Shown here: positions 9,153 to 19,109 of the stretch, one piece after another | How the letters are laid out: each line of letters opens with the position of its first letter | Numbering within the stretch: the stretch's first letter is position 1 | DNA from: Bacteroidota bacterium | GTDB lineage: Bacteria; Bacteroidota; Bacteroidia; Bacteroidales; VadinHA17 | NCBI GenBank assembly: GCA_003245695.1 | Contig: QKCK01000243.1 | Span: 1 to 37,670, forward strand | Direction of reading: 5' to 3' | DNA length: 37,670 nt | The notes under the pieces: model-generated | What the model was told of the DNA's origin: nothing | The model's input: only the letters and a program-made list of their open reading frames with translations | The model's database searches: none | Translations under genes and position numbers: made by a program

Positions 9153-11266
9153 TCAAGCTGTTTCTTCTGTAGATCGGCTTTTACAACCTCAACCATTACC
9201 TTGTCTCCTAACATATAGACTTTACCTGTACGGCGGCCTCTTATACAATAGTTTTCCTCGTCGTATTCAAAGAAATCATCGAGCAGATCACGTATGGCCA
9301 CCATACCTTCACACTGGTTCTCTATCAGCTCAACATAAATACCCCATTCTGTGATACCTGAGATGACACCCTCGAAGACACTGCCTATCTTGTCACTCAT
9401 GAACTCTACCTGCTTGTATTTTATAGAGGCTCTCTCAGCATCAGTAGCCATGCGTTCTCTCCTGGATGAGTGATCACATAGTTTCTCATATTTATCACCG
9501 TCACGTGGAGGTTGTCCCTCAAGATAACGCGATAAAAGCCTGTGAACCATCATATCAGGATAACGTCGTATGGGAGAGGTGAAGTGTGTGTAATGACTGA
9601 AGGCAAGTCCATAGTGACCTATATTATCAGTTGAGTATATTGCTTTGGCCATTGACCTCAGAGCAAGAGTCTCAACAATGTTCTGCTCCTTTTTTCCGGC
9701 GACATCATTCATCAGTTTGTTCATTGCAGCAGGGAGGCCCTTTTCGTTTTCAAGGTCAAGAGAATAACCAAACCTCTTGATGAAATAACTGAATGAGTTC
9801 AGTTTTTCGGTATTGGGTTTATCATGAATACGATATACAAAAGTCTTGCCTTTCAGCTTTTTACCTACATATTCAGCCACACGCTTGTTTGCCAGAAGCA
9901 TAAACTCTTCGATGAGCTGATTTGATGATCCGAACTCTCTGAAGTTTATACCGATAGGAGTGCCGTCAGCGGCAAGGTTAAATTTCACTTCAAGGCGTTC
10001 AAAGGCAAAAGAGCCTGATGAAAAACGCTTCTCCCTGAGTTTCTGTGCAAGATTATGGAGGGCCAGGACTTGCTCTTTCATATCACCCTCACCGGTGTCA
10101 ATTACTTTCTGAGCTTCAGCATAAGTAAATCGTTTATCAGATTTGATAATTGTTTTTCCGAACCACTCATTAATGACAAAGGCTTTAGAGTCGAGTTCAA
10201 ATACGGCTGAGTATGTGAGTTTTTCCTCATAGGGGTTAAGTGAGCATATATTATTTGAAAGGTGTTCAGGAAGCATAGGCACGGTACGGTCAACCAGGTA
10301 TACTGAGGTAGCTCTCTCCTGGGCTTCCTTGTCAATGACAGAACCGGGTTTCACATAGTGGGTTACGTCTGCAATATGAACGCCCACCTCCATATTACCA
10401 TTCTCTAGCCTGCGAAAAGAGAGGGCATCATCGAAGTCCTTTGCATCGTCGGGGTCGATAGTGAAGGTAGGAGTATTCCTGAAATCGCGTCGCAGGGAGA
10501 TATCCTCGTCAGTTATCTCTGACGATATCTTCTCCGCGGCTTTGTCTACCTCTTCAGGGAAGTGTATCGGGAGTCCGAATTCGGCAAGGATGGCATGCAT
10601 CTCAGTGTCATTCTCTCCCGGGAAGCCCAGAACCTCTGTTATCTCACCAACGGGGTTACGCGATCTCTGATCCCATTCAACTATGCGGGCAAGGGCCTTC
10701 TGTCCCTGTCTGGCACCACCGAGCTTTGAGAGTGGTATGAACAGATCAAAAGGCATATTCTTATTATCAGGTATGAGGAAGGCAAACTGAGGTGTCAGCT
10801 CTACTGTTCCAACAAAGGCAGTGCGGGCACGTGTGATTATCTCAACAACCTCCCCTTCAGGCCTGTTACCTTTCCGGCGTGCATACATCAATACCTTTAC
10901 AGTGTCGCCATGCAATGCAGTACGCAGGTTGCGGGCCGAGACAAAAACGTCCTCTTCCATATCCTCCGAGGTGATAAAACCATAACCAAACCTGGTGAGG
11001 TCAACAGTACCGGTGATGTACCCACCCCTGGCTTTGAGAATGTACTTGCCGTGTCCACGCTCCTCCAGAAGACCCTCCTTCTTCATCTGACGAAGTGCCT
11101 CTGAAACAGACATCTTTTCTGATACATCATTTATCTCAAGCCTGGCTGAAATCTGCTTATAGTTCATCGGTTGACCTGAAGTGCGAATCATCACATTTGT
11201 AATGAGCTCTTTCAGCTTCCTGAGATTGATATTGGGGTTTTTACCACCTGTTTTTTTCCTTGACAT
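9137..11266 (-). CDS. rnr: Ribonuclease R
   Basis: 709 aa. RNB catalytic motifs are DPDDAKDFDDALS and HYGLAFSHYTHFTSPIRRYPD. The C-terminal S1 domain has FEGVISGITEWGIYVEL. The 3' end overlaps ispG convergently by 16 bp. Confidence 0.93.
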   Translation of the reverse strand: MSRKKTGGKNPNINLRKLKELITNVMIRTSGQPMNYKQISARLEINDVSEKMSVSEALRQMKKEGLLEERGHGKYILKARGGYITGTVDLTRFGYGFITSEDMEEDVFVSARNLRTALHGDTVKVLMYARRKGNRPEGEVVEIITRARTAFVGTVELTPQFAFLIPDNKNMPFDLFIPLSKLGGARQGQKALARIVEWDQRSRNPVGEITEVLGFPGENDTEMHAILAEFGLPIHFPEEVDKAAEKISSEITDEDISLRRDFRNTPTFTIDPDDAKDFDDALSFRRLENGNMEVGVHIADVTHYVKPGSVIDKEAQERATSVYLVDRTVPMLPEHLSNNICSLNPYEEKLTYSAVFELDSKAFVINEWFGKTIIKSDKRFTYAEAQKVIDTGEGDMKEQVLALHNLAQKLREKRFSSGSFAFERLEVKFNLAADGTPIGINFREFGSSNQLIEEFMLLANKRVAEYVGKKLKGKTFVYRIHDKPNTEKLNSFSYFIKRFGYSLDLENEKGLPAAMNKLMNDVAGKKEQNIVETLALRSMAKAIYSTDNIGHYGLAFSHYTHFTSPIRRYPDMMVHRLLSRYLEGQPPRDGDKYEKLCDHSSRRERMATDAERASIKYKQVEFMSDKIGSVFEGVISGITEWGIYVELIENQCEGMVAIRDLLDDFFEYDEENYCIRGRRTGKVYMLGDKVMVEVVKADLQKKQLDYRLA

Positions 11267-11288
11267 TATTCTGTAGCTTGTTCTATTC

Positions 11289-11296
11289 CAAAGATA
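11289..11296 (-). promoter_or_regulatory. TAnnTTTG -7 promoter element for rnr (minus strand)
   Basis: The plus-strand sequence CAAAGATA is TATCTTTG on the minus strand, 22 nt upstream of the rnr ATG at 11266. Confidence 0.4.
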
Positions 11297-11333
11297 CTCC
11301 TAAATTGGCTACCTTTGATTTTTAAACAGAGTA

Positions 11334-11624
11334 ATGATTGCAAAAACATCAATACTATCACACTCCTCATCTGTTGTCTCAAAAAGAATAGGAGATGAAT
11401 ACCTGCTTGTCCCTCTGACAGATAATATTGCTGACATGGACTCTCTCTATCGTCTGAATACAACCGGGGCATTTATCTGGGATGCAATAGACGGAAAGAA
11501 GAGTGTGTCGGAGATTATTATTCTTATGGTTGAAGAATTTGATACGGATATTGATGAGGCTGAGAGAGACACCTTACTTTTCCTTGAAGAGATAAACAGC
11601 TTTATCACTGTTCAGAACCCGTGA
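11334..11624 (+). CDS. PqqD-family protein (RiPP recognition element-like peptide chaperone)
   Basis: 96 aa. The pattern VSKRIGDEYLLVPL...LYRLNTTGAFIWDAIDGKKSVSEIIILMVEEFDTDIDEAERDTLLFLEEINSFI is the classic PqqD/RRE winged-helix signature (h-x-LN-x-tG-x-hW-x-h-DG..t..ei). Its stop overlaps the next gene's GTG start as GTGA. Confidence 0.8.
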   Translation: MIAKTSILSHSSSVVSKRIGDEYLLVPLTDNIADMDSLYRLNTTGAFIWDAIDGKKSVSEIIILMVEEFDTDIDEAERDTLLFLEEINSFITVQNP

Positions 11625-12919
11625 GCATAGATCTGATCATAGCATCGTTTCGTATACGTCTGATACCGGCAGAAGGATTGACACTTATTCCGGGAGAACG
11701 GTTTCATGCCTTTGAGGTTGCCGGTGATGGAACTCCTGATGTGATACTCCGGGTCTCGTGTGAGTCATATACATTGCCTTCTCAGTCAGTTCTGGTGTTT
11801 GATGCCCCTTTGATGGATTCAGATGGTAAAACAGTTATCCGGGAGCCATTCTGGGAGGTATGGCGCGATGGTGAAAAGATCATCGTAAGGGTAACAGAGA
11901 ATGATAAGACAATAGTTTCGCATCTTGTAATAGATATCAGAGAGACAGTATGGGATCTCTTTCTGGGATCTTCTGGCGACAGTGCTGATCCGCTTCCCTA
12001 TCCTCTTGATGGCCTGGTAATATACTATATGGTTATGAAGCGTAGGGCCTTCATGATACATGCCTCCGCTGTTAATCACAATGGCAGGGGATGGCTCTTC
12101 TCTGGCCGCTCGGGAAAAGGCAAAACAACAATAGCAAGGTTATTCGACAATGCCGGCACTGAGGTTATTCATGACGACAGGCTGATTGTCTTAAAGAGGG
12201 ACGACGGGTGGTATGTATACAGCACACCTGTATACAGGAATGATATTCCCAGATATGCCAGGCTTGATCATATGTGGCTCATTGATCATGGGACACAGAA
12301 TACGTCTGTTCCTGTTCAGGGGGCAAGAGCCGTAGCCCTTATTATGGCTAATTGCATACAACAGAACTGGGATGTTGAGTTTCCTGAGATGCTGATATCA
12401 CGTATCCAGGAAGTTGTGGAAGAGGTACCGGTAAGCCGGCTTTCGTTTGTTCCTGATAGCAGCCTGTGCCGATACCTTTTTATACGGCAGGGTCAATATC
12501 GTGTTGACTCGATACATGCCTTCATCGCCTTGTTGAAAGAGGGCCACAACGTCACTGCTACTGCAGGAGGCCTGAGTATGTGGCCGGCAATTATCCCTGG
12601 TGATAAACCAATAGTAGAGCCTCTTGACAGAGATAATATGCCTGGTAAAGGTGAAGTAATTGCTCTCATACGCGATGGTAGCCTGGTGATACACCGCATT
12701 ATTGCTGTCACAGAAAATGGAGGGAGAAGAGAATACATTACCAGGGGCGATGCTTCAGTTACCATCGATGATAGTGTATCAGAAAGCGAGGTGGCAGGTG
12801 TTGTCAGGTCATTTATGCGCGATGGGAAGGTGAAAACCATAGGCAAGAGAAGGATGCCGGCGGGTATAAACAGATTATTGGCACTTTCCAGGGCATTTTT
12901 CTTTGCATGGAGAGAGTGA
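11621..12919 (+). CDS. Fusion protein: HPr-kinase-like P-loop kinase domain (N-terminal ~290 aa) plus an S26B (SipW/Sec11-type) Ser/His peptidase domain (C-terminal ~110 aa)
   Basis: 432 aa with a GTG start. The kinase part reads MIHASAVNHNGRGWLFSGRSGKGKTT (P-loop at 12101-12130), then VIHDDRLIV, as in the HprK C-terminal domain and HprK-related RiPP kinases. The peptidase part has GGLSMWPAIIPGD (Ser codon 12575-12577), LVIHRII (His codon 12692-12694) and ITRGDASVTIDD, which matches the TKGDNNxxDD box of SipW/Sec11. I see no N-terminal membrane anchor. Confidence 0.7.
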   Translation: MSIDLIIASFRIRLIPAEGLTLIPGERFHAFEVAGDGTPDVILRVSCESYTLPSQSVLVFDAPLMDSDGKTVIREPFWEVWRDGEKIIVRVTENDKTIVSHLVIDIRETVWDLFLGSSGDSADPLPYPLDGLVIYYMVMKRRAFMIHASAVNHNGRGWLFSGRSGKGKTTIARLFDNAGTEVIHDDRLIVLKRDDGWYVYSTPVYRNDIPRYARLDHMWLIDHGTQNTSVPVQGARAVALIMANCIQQNWDVEFPEMLISRIQEVVEEVPVSRLSFVPDSSLCRYLFIRQGQYRVDSIHAFIALLKEGHNVTATAGGLSMWPAIIPGDKPIVEPLDRDNMPGKGEVIALIRDGSLVIHRIIAVTENGGRREYITRGDASVTIDDSVSESEVAGVVRSFMRDGKVKTIGKRRMPAGINRLLALSRAFFFAWRE

Positions 12920-12968
12920 TGCTATAATGAGATCGTGCCGGTAATTTTCTTTTGTCAACACTTTGCGG

Positions 12969-12976
12969 TATTTTTG
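12969..12976 (+). promoter_or_regulatory. TAnnTTTG -7 promoter element for metH, lying inside the track's 5'-extended metH ORF
   Basis: TATTTTTG at 12969-12976, with TTTG at 12951-12954 as a possible -33 element. It sits downstream of the track start (TTG 12963) and upstream of TTG 13002. Confidence 0.4.
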
Positions 12977-13001
12977 TCATATAATTAAAGCAACAAATAC
13001 A

Positions 13002-16000
13002 TTGAAATATCCTATTGAAAGCAGACTGAAGGAGAGGATTCTTGTTCTGGATGGAGCCATGGGCACACAGATACAGAAGCACCGTTTGAGTGAGGAGGAT
13101 TTCCGTGGCTCGCTGTATAAGGAACATATGTTTCCACTGAAGGGGAATAATGACCTCTTATCTGTCACACAGCGGGAGATAATCAAGTCGATACACCTTG
13201 AATATCTGGATGCTGGGGCTGATATAATAAGCACGAATTCGTTCAATGCCAATGCTGTTTCGCTGGCAGACTATGGTATGGAAGCTATGGTTCATGAGCT
13301 TAACAGAGCCGCTGCCGGTGTTGCCAGGGAGGCAGCTGACGAGTTTATGATGAAGAGTGGCAGGGAGGTATGGGTAGCGGGGTCGATAGGACCAACGAAC
13401 CGGACAGCCTCAATGTCACCTGATGTCAATGACCCCGGGGCACGAACAATTACTTTCAGAGAGTTGGCTGACACATATGCAGAGCAGGCCAGGGGTCTTA
13501 TAGAGGGGGGTGCCGACATCCTTCTCATAGAGACTGTTTTTGACGGGTTAAATGCAAAGGCAGCTCTCTTTGGTATACGTGGTGTTATAGAAGAGCTGGG
13601 TAAAGAGATTCCGGTGATGGTCTCAGGTACTATCACAGATGCCTCAGGCCGTACACTTACCGGTCAGACACTGGAGGCCTTTCTGGTGACCATGTCACAT
13701 TTTCCTCTGCTGAGTATAGGTTTAAACTGCGCATTAGGGGCGGGGCAGCTAAGGCCATTCATAAGTGAGATGTCAGCCAGGGCTCCCTTCTTTGTGTCGG
13801 CACACCCAAATGCCGGGTTGCCTAATCAGTTTGGCGGATATGATCAGGATGCCGCCTATATGGGCAGTATAATCGAAGACTTCTTTAAAGATGGCAGTGT
13901 AAATATTATAGGAGGATGTTGTGGCACTACACCTGATCATATAAGGGCTATATCATCACTGGCAAAGAGATACAAACCAAGAATCAGGCCTGAGGCTGAC
14001 CACATAACCAGACTTAGTGGTCTGGAGCCGCTTGCAATAAGCGCTGAGACCAATTTTGTTAATGTGGGAGAGCGTACTAATGTTGCAGGGTCATTACGTT
14101 TTGCACGTCTTATACGTGAAGAAAAATACAATGAGGCGTTGGAGGTTGCAAGGAGCCAGGTTGAAGGGGGTGCTCAGGTGATAGATGTCTGTATGGATGA
14201 TGCCATGATTGACGGTGTCAAAGCCATGCAGCGATTTATTAATATGCTGATGAGTGAGCCTGACATTGCACGGTTACCTGTGATGGTAGACTCTTCAAAC
14301 TGGGAGGTGCTTGAGGCTGGCCTGCAATGCATACAGGGAAAGCCTGTTGTGAACTCAATAAGCCTGAAAGAGGGCGAGGATGAGTTTATAAGAAAGGCAA
14401 AGATGATTAACAGATATGGTGCAGCGGCTGTTGTCATGCTTTTCGATGAGAAAGGACAGGCAGACAGCTTTGAGCGAAAGAAGGAAATAGCCTTAAGATC
14501 ATATAATGCTCTTACCGTGAAAGCCTCATTCCCTGCTGAAGATATCATCTTTGACCCTAATATCCTGGCAATAGCAACAGGAATAGATGAGCATAATAAC
14601 TATGCTGTTGATTATATTAAAGCCGTTGAGTTTATAAAGACCAGCCTTCCTTATGCCAAGGTAAGTGGTGGAGTCAGCAATCTCTCATTCTCATTCAGGG
14701 GCAATGACATAGTAAGAGAGGCAATGCATGCTGTATTCCTATACCATGCAATCAAAGCGGGGATGGATATGGGAATAGTAAACCCTGGATTGCTGAAAGT
14801 ATATACCGATATTGATGCTGACCTTCTTCATCTCACCGAGGATGTTGTGCTTAACCGAAGGAAAGATGCTACTGACAGGCTCTTACACTTTGCATCCAGG
14901 TTAAGAAGTGAGAAGACGGAAGAGCCTGGTAAGCAGGCAGAGTGGCGTAACAGGGATGTCATGGGACGTATAAGACATGCCCTGGTTAATGGTATAGATA
15001 CTTATATAGAAGACGATGTTGAAGAGGCCAGGCCATTATTCAACAAGGCATTGAATATCATTGAGGGCCCTCTGATGGAAGGGATGAATGAAGTGGGAGA
15101 TCTGTTCGGATCAGGCCGTATGTTCCTTCCCCAGGTTGTCAAGAGTGCTCGTGTAATGAAAAAGGCAGTTGCTCATCTCACTCCTTTTATTGAAATGGAG
15201 AATGAAGGAGGAGAGTCATCAAAAGCAGGCAGGGTCCTTCTGGCAACGGTAAAAGGAGACGTACATGACATCGGAAAGAATATAGTAGGCGTGATACTCT
15301 CATGTAATAACTATGAAGTTATAGACCTGGGAGTGATGGTGCCGGCTGAGACCATCATAGAGACAGCAATAAGGGAGAAGGCAGACATAATTGGCGTGTC
15401 AGGTCTCATCACCCCCTCGCTTGAAGAGATGGTTCATATTGCTTCCCTGATGGAATCGAAAGGTTTGTCTATCCCTCTTCTTGTAGGTGGGGCAACAACG
15501 TCGGAGATACACACAGCGGTAAAGATAGCTCCTGTATATTCATATCCGGGAGTGCATGTTAAGGATGCCTCAAGGGCTGTCCCGGTGATAGCGGCACTCA
15601 TTTCAGGCGATAAAGCGATGCTGTCAACAATAAAGGAGAAATATGAGAGGCTGAGAAATGACCATGAAGCAGCAAAAGAAGGGAGAAGGATAATAACTCT
15701 GGAGAGGGCAAGGGACAACAGATATGTCACTTCACAGCCTGCACCACCACCTCAGTTTAAAGGTGTCATCAGGCCTGAGCGCATAACCACCGCGGAGCTG
15801 ACATGGTTCATTGACTGGACATTCTTTTTCTTTGCCTGGAAAATCAACGGCAGGTATCCTGACATTTTTAAAGACCCGGTAAAGGGAGCTGAGGCAAAGA
15901 GGCTTTATGATGATGCAATGATACTGATAGAGAGGATTAATAATGAGGGACTCATCACTATCGAAACACTGATGGGCATTTTTGACGCAGAGAGAGCTGG

Positions 16001-16622
16001 CGATGATGTGAAGATTACCAGAGGTGATGGTTCTGAAGATATGTACTTCAGGTTCCTTCGCAATCAGGAAGAGAAGGAGACAGGGATACGAAATTTATCT
16101 CTTTCTGATTTTGTGGCAGATAAAGGCGATCATGCCGGCGCTTTTGTTGTATCAGCAAGGGTTTCGGAATCGTTACCGTCAGAAATAAGGGATGATGACT
16201 ATCAGAATATTATGCTGAGGATACTTGCAGACAGGTATGCGGAGGCAGCAGCAGAGTGGTTGCATAGGGAGATAAGGGTAAAATACTGGGGTTATGCTTC
16301 AGACGAGTCTCTTTCGGCAGAGGATCTGTTCAAGGTAAAGTATCAGGGTATACGCCCAGCACCGGGATATCCGGCTTGTCCTGATCATACCGGAAAGAAG
16401 GCCATTTTTGATCTGCTTGACGTAGTTAACCTGACAGGTATTACACTTACAGAGAGTTATGCTATGAATCCTCCCTCATCAGTATGCGGATATATTTTTG
16501 CAAACCCGGGTTCCTCATATTTTAACATCGGGAAGATAGGTGAAGACCAGCTTGATGACTATGTAGCCAGGACAGGTCTCACCAGAGAAGAAGCCCGCCA
16601 CTGGCTGGCGCCAAACCTATAA
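13002..16622 (+). CDS. metH: Cobalamin-dependent methionine synthase (all four modules)
   Basis: The Hcy module has [14 protein letters not shown] and [11 protein letters not shown], followed by a pterin-binding module. The B12-binding motif is GDVHDIGKN. The C-terminal AdoMet-activation domain has [12 protein letters not shown]. No ATG precedes the conserved LVLDGA, so the start is TTG 13002 (preferred because of the promoter motif) or TTG 12963 (track). Confidence 0.93.
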   Translation: MKYPIESRLKERILVLDGAMGTQIQKHRLSEEDFRGSLYKEHMFPLKGNNDLLSVTQREIIKSIHLEYLDAGADIISTNSFNANAVSLADYGMEAMVHELNRAAAGVAREAADEFMMKSGREVWVAGSIGPTNRTASMSPDVNDPGARTITFRELADTYAEQARGLIEGGADILLIETVFDGLNAKAALFGIRGVIEELGKEIPVMVSGTITDASGRTLTGQTLEAFLVTMSHFPLLSIGLNCALGAGQLRPFISEMSARAPFFVSAHPNAGLPNQFGGYDQDAAYMGSIIEDFFKDGSVNIIGGCCGTTPDHIRAISSLAKRYKPRIRPEADHITRLSGLEPLAISAETNFVNVGERTNVAGSLRFARLIREEKYNEALEVARSQVEGGAQVIDVCMDDAMIDGVKAMQRFINMLMSEPDIARLPVMVDSSNWEVLEAGLQCIQGKPVVNSISLKEGEDEFIRKAKMINRYGAAAVVMLFDEKGQADSFERKKEIALRSYNALTVKASFPAEDIIFDPNILAIATGIDEHNNYAVDYIKAVEFIKTSLPYAKVSGGVSNLSFSFRGNDIVREAMHAVFLYHAIKAGMDMGIVNPGLLKVYTDIDADLLHLTEDVVLNRRKDATDRLLHFASRLRSEKTEEPGKQAEWRNRDVMGRIRHALVNGIDTYIEDDVEEARPLFNKALNIIEGPLMEGMNEVGDLFGSGRMFLPQVVKSARVMKKAVAHLTPFIEMENEGGESSKAGRVLLATVKGDVHDIGKNIVGVILSCNNYEVIDLGVMVPAETIIETAIREKADIIGVSGLITPSLEEMVHIASLMESKGLSIPLLVGGATTSEIHTAVKIAPVYSYPGVHVKDASRAVPVIAALISGDKAMLSTIKEKYERLRNDHEAAKEGRRIITLERARDNRYVTSQPAPPPQFKGVIRPERITTAELTWFIDWTFFFFAWKINGRYPDIFKDPVKGAEAKRLYDDAMILIERINNEGLITIETLMGIFDAERAGDDVKITRGDGSEDMYFRFLRNQEEKETGIRNLSLSDFVADKGDHAGAFVVSARVSESLPSEIRDDDYQNIMLRILADRYAEAAAEWLHREIRVKYWGYASDESLSAEDLFKVKYQGIRPAPGYPACPDHTGKKAIFDLLDVVNLTGITLTESYAMNPPSSVCGYIFANPGSSYFNIGKIGEDQLDDYVARTGLTREEARHWLAPNL

Positions 16623-16632
16623 AACAAGAAAC

Positions 16633-17595
16633 ATGAACGGTCTTACAGTAAAAGAGATAATAAACAATTCAAGAAAGCCGCTATTCACCTTTGAGCTTTT
16701 ACCTCCGCAGAAGGGACACAGCATCGACAAGATATATTCTGCCATTGACAGGCTTATGGAGTTTGAGCCATCATACATAAACTTCACCTCACACCGGAAT
16801 GAAGTGACATTGACAGAAAGGTCAGACGGGTTGGTTGAGAAAAAGGTCATCAGGAAGCGGCCAGGCACGATAGCTCTTGCTGCTGCAGTGAAATATAAAT
16901 ATAATGTTACTGTAGTGCCTCATGTTCTTTGCGGGGGTTTTACGCGTGAGGAGACGGAGAATGCACTTATAGAGATGAATTTTCTTGGCATAAATGATGT
17001 TCTTGCATTACGGGGCGATCCTCCCAAGGGCACACGTGCTTTTGTCCCGGAGAAGGAGGGGCACAGATACACTAACGAGCTGGTGCAGCAGATAGTGGAT
17101 CTGAACAATGGCCGGTATCTTGATCCGGCTCTTAAGAATCCAGCTCCAACCTCATTTTGCATAGGTGTTGCCGGTTATCCGGAGAAGCACTTTGAAGCAC
17201 CCAACATGACAAGTGACATAGCGAATCTGAAGAGAAAAGTCGACGCCGGGGCAGATTATATTGTCACACAGATGTTCTTCGATAACAATAAGTTTTTTGC
17301 TTTCAGGGATGAGTGTTACAAAGCAGGCATAACGGTACCCATAATACCAGGGATAAAGCCAGTGACAGCCCTCAATGATATAGGACTGTTGCCCCAGACA
17401 TTCCACCTTGATCTGCCGGAGGAGCTGATGCATGAGTTACAGAAGTGCAAAACCGATGATGAGGTGCGTGAAGTAGGTATTGAATGGGGCACTTTGCAGA
17501 GCAGGGGACTGCTTAAAAAAGAGGTGCCGGGGATACATTTCTATACCCTCGGCAGATCTGATAATATTGCACGTATCGTAAAGGCTTCCTATTAG
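16633..17595 (+). CDS. metF: Methylenetetrahydrofolate reductase
   Basis: 320 aa. It has [18 protein letters not shown] and [12 protein letters not shown], typical of MTHFR. It starts 10 nt after metH. Confidence 0.9.
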   Translation: MNGLTVKEIINNSRKPLFTFELLPPQKGHSIDKIYSAIDRLMEFEPSYINFTSHRNEVTLTERSDGLVEKKVIRKRPGTIALAAAVKYKYNVTVVPHVLCGGFTREETENALIEMNFLGINDVLALRGDPPKGTRAFVPEKEGHRYTNELVQQIVDLNNGRYLDPALKNPAPTSFCIGVAGYPEKHFEAPNMTSDIANLKRKVDAGADYIVTQMFFDNNKFFAFRDECYKAGITVPIIPGIKPVTALNDIGLLPQTFHLDLPEELMHELQKCKTDDEVREVGIEWGTLQSRGLLKKEVPGIHFYTLGRSDNIARIVKASY

Positions 17596-18851
17596 AGGCC
17601 AAAAGCCTTTTTAATATCAGCTACACGGTCAAGTTCTTCCCATGAGAAGAGTTTCACCTTTATCTTTTTGTCTTTATCGCCATTGAATGACCTGAAGGTC
17701 TTCTCCACTGTCTTTGGGATGCGTCCCATATGACCATAGGCGGCTGTCTCTGAGTAGATAGGCTTGCGAAGATCGAGGCTCTTCTCAATCATTGCCGGGC
17801 GCAGGTCAAAGAGCTCGGTGACTTTTAAGGCTATCTCGCCGTCACTCAGCTTTACTTTTTTGGTGCCGTAAGTATTAACATAAACGCCTACAGGTTTTGC
17901 AACCCCAATGGCATAAGATATCTGAACAAGCATCTCATCAGCCACACCAGCAGCAACCATGTTCTTGGCTATATGCCGTGCTGCATATGCCGCAGAGCGG
18001 TCTACTTTTGACGGATCTTTGCCAGAGAAGGCACCACCGCCATGAGCACCACGACCTCCGTAGGTGTCAACAATAATCTTACGGCCTGTCAACCCTGTAT
18101 CACCATGAGGACCCCCTATAACAAACTTGCCGGTGGGATTGACATGATAGATAATGTTGTCATCAAAGAGAGCCTGAACACTCTCATCAAACTGAGCCTT
18201 GACCCTGGGAATAAGAATCTCGATGATATCCTTACGGATAACCTCCAGCATCTTCGCTTCATCCTTTGAGAAGTCATCATGCTGTGTTGACACAACAATG
18301 GTATGGATTCTCTTTGGAGTATTGTCATCATTGTATTCAATGGTCACCTGTGACTTAGAGTCAGGACGAAGATAGAACATCTGTTTTTCCTCACGTCTTA
18401 TCTCAGATAACTGATATACCAGTTCATGAGCAATGTCAAGTGAGAGTGGAAGATAATTATGTGTTTCATTTACTGCATAACCGAACATCATGCCCTGGTC
18501 ACCGGCACCCTGATCTTCCTTCTTCTCCCTTTCCACACCCATGGTGATGTCAGGTGACTGTGGATGAATGGCTGAAAAGACGCCGCATGAATCGCCATCA
18601 AATTTGTATGCAGCTCTGGTATAACCAATCTTGTTTATTGTATCACGTACAATGGTTTGAACATCAACATAGGTTTTGGTCTTCACCTCACCTGCAACAA
18701 CCACCTGTCCTGTTGTCACGAGAGTCTCGCATGCCACCTTGGACTCAGGGTCCCAGGCAAGAAAACTATCAAGAAGAGCATCAGATATCTGGTCAGCAAC
18801 TTTATCAGGATGACCTTCAGATACTGATTCTGAAGTAAAAAGATAACTCAT
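17592..18851 (-). CDS. metK: S-adenosylmethionine synthase
   Basis: 419 aa with [30 protein letters not shown] and [16 protein letters not shown]. Its stop codon overlaps the metF stop codon (TTAG). Confidence 0.96.
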   Translation of the reverse strand: MSYLFTSESVSEGHPDKVADQISDALLDSFLAWDPESKVACETLVTTGQVVVAGEVKTKTYVDVQTIVRDTINKIGYTRAAYKFDGDSCGVFSAIHPQSPDITMGVEREKKEDQGAGDQGMMFGYAVNETHNYLPLSLDIAHELVYQLSEIRREEKQMFYLRPDSKSQVTIEYNDDNTPKRIHTIVVSTQHDDFSKDEAKMLEVIRKDIIEILIPRVKAQFDESVQALFDDNIIYHVNPTGKFVIGGPHGDTGLTGRKIIVDTYGGRGAHGGGAFSGKDPSKVDRSAAYAARHIAKNMVAAGVADEMLVQISYAIGVAKPVGVYVNTYGTKKVKLSDGEIALKVTELFDLRPAMIEKSLDLRKPIYSETAAYGHMGRIPKTVEKTFRSFNGDKDKKIKVKLFSWEELDRVADIKKAFGL

Positions 18852-19109
18852 ACTTTTGTTTTTATGTTTAACAAAGAATGTGATGGATTGTTGTAAGGAT
18901 GCTCTGCAGTGAAAGCTGTTTTAGCATTTTTTTCTGTGGTTGCAATCAGTACAAATCTTTCCACCATCAATTATGCTGCAAAAGAATAAAAAAATATGTT
19001 AAGTACAAAGTGAAACGTTCTTTTTATGACATGATACCTGTTTTATATTGATTTTAACAGGTATGATTAACGCCAGTGATCTGATTTATAGCAGACTAAG
19101 GGATTGCTC

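Noticed and set aside
12885-12901. Sigma-54 -24/-12 promoter (TGGCACTTTCCAGGGCA) upstream of metH
   Set aside because: The -12 element is not TTGC/GC at the required spacing from the GG (it is off by one, with no TTGC). It also lies inside the kinase-peptidase coding sequence.
2849-12919. Calling the PqqD, HprK-like, NTase and ABC genes a lasso-peptide biosynthetic cluster
   Set aside because: No asparagine-synthetase-like lasso cyclase, no transglutaminase-like B2 protease and no recognisable precursor occur anywhere in the window. Only the accessory-type genes are present, so a lasso call is unsupported.
18852-19000. SAM riboswitch (S-box or SAM-II) in the metK leader
   Set aside because: I could not find the S-box core (AGAGGGNC...GGCAACC-type elements in the proper arrangement). 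I also found no SAM-II pseudoknot with a 3' AAAGCU on the correct strand. It stays only as a low-interest question pending cmscan.
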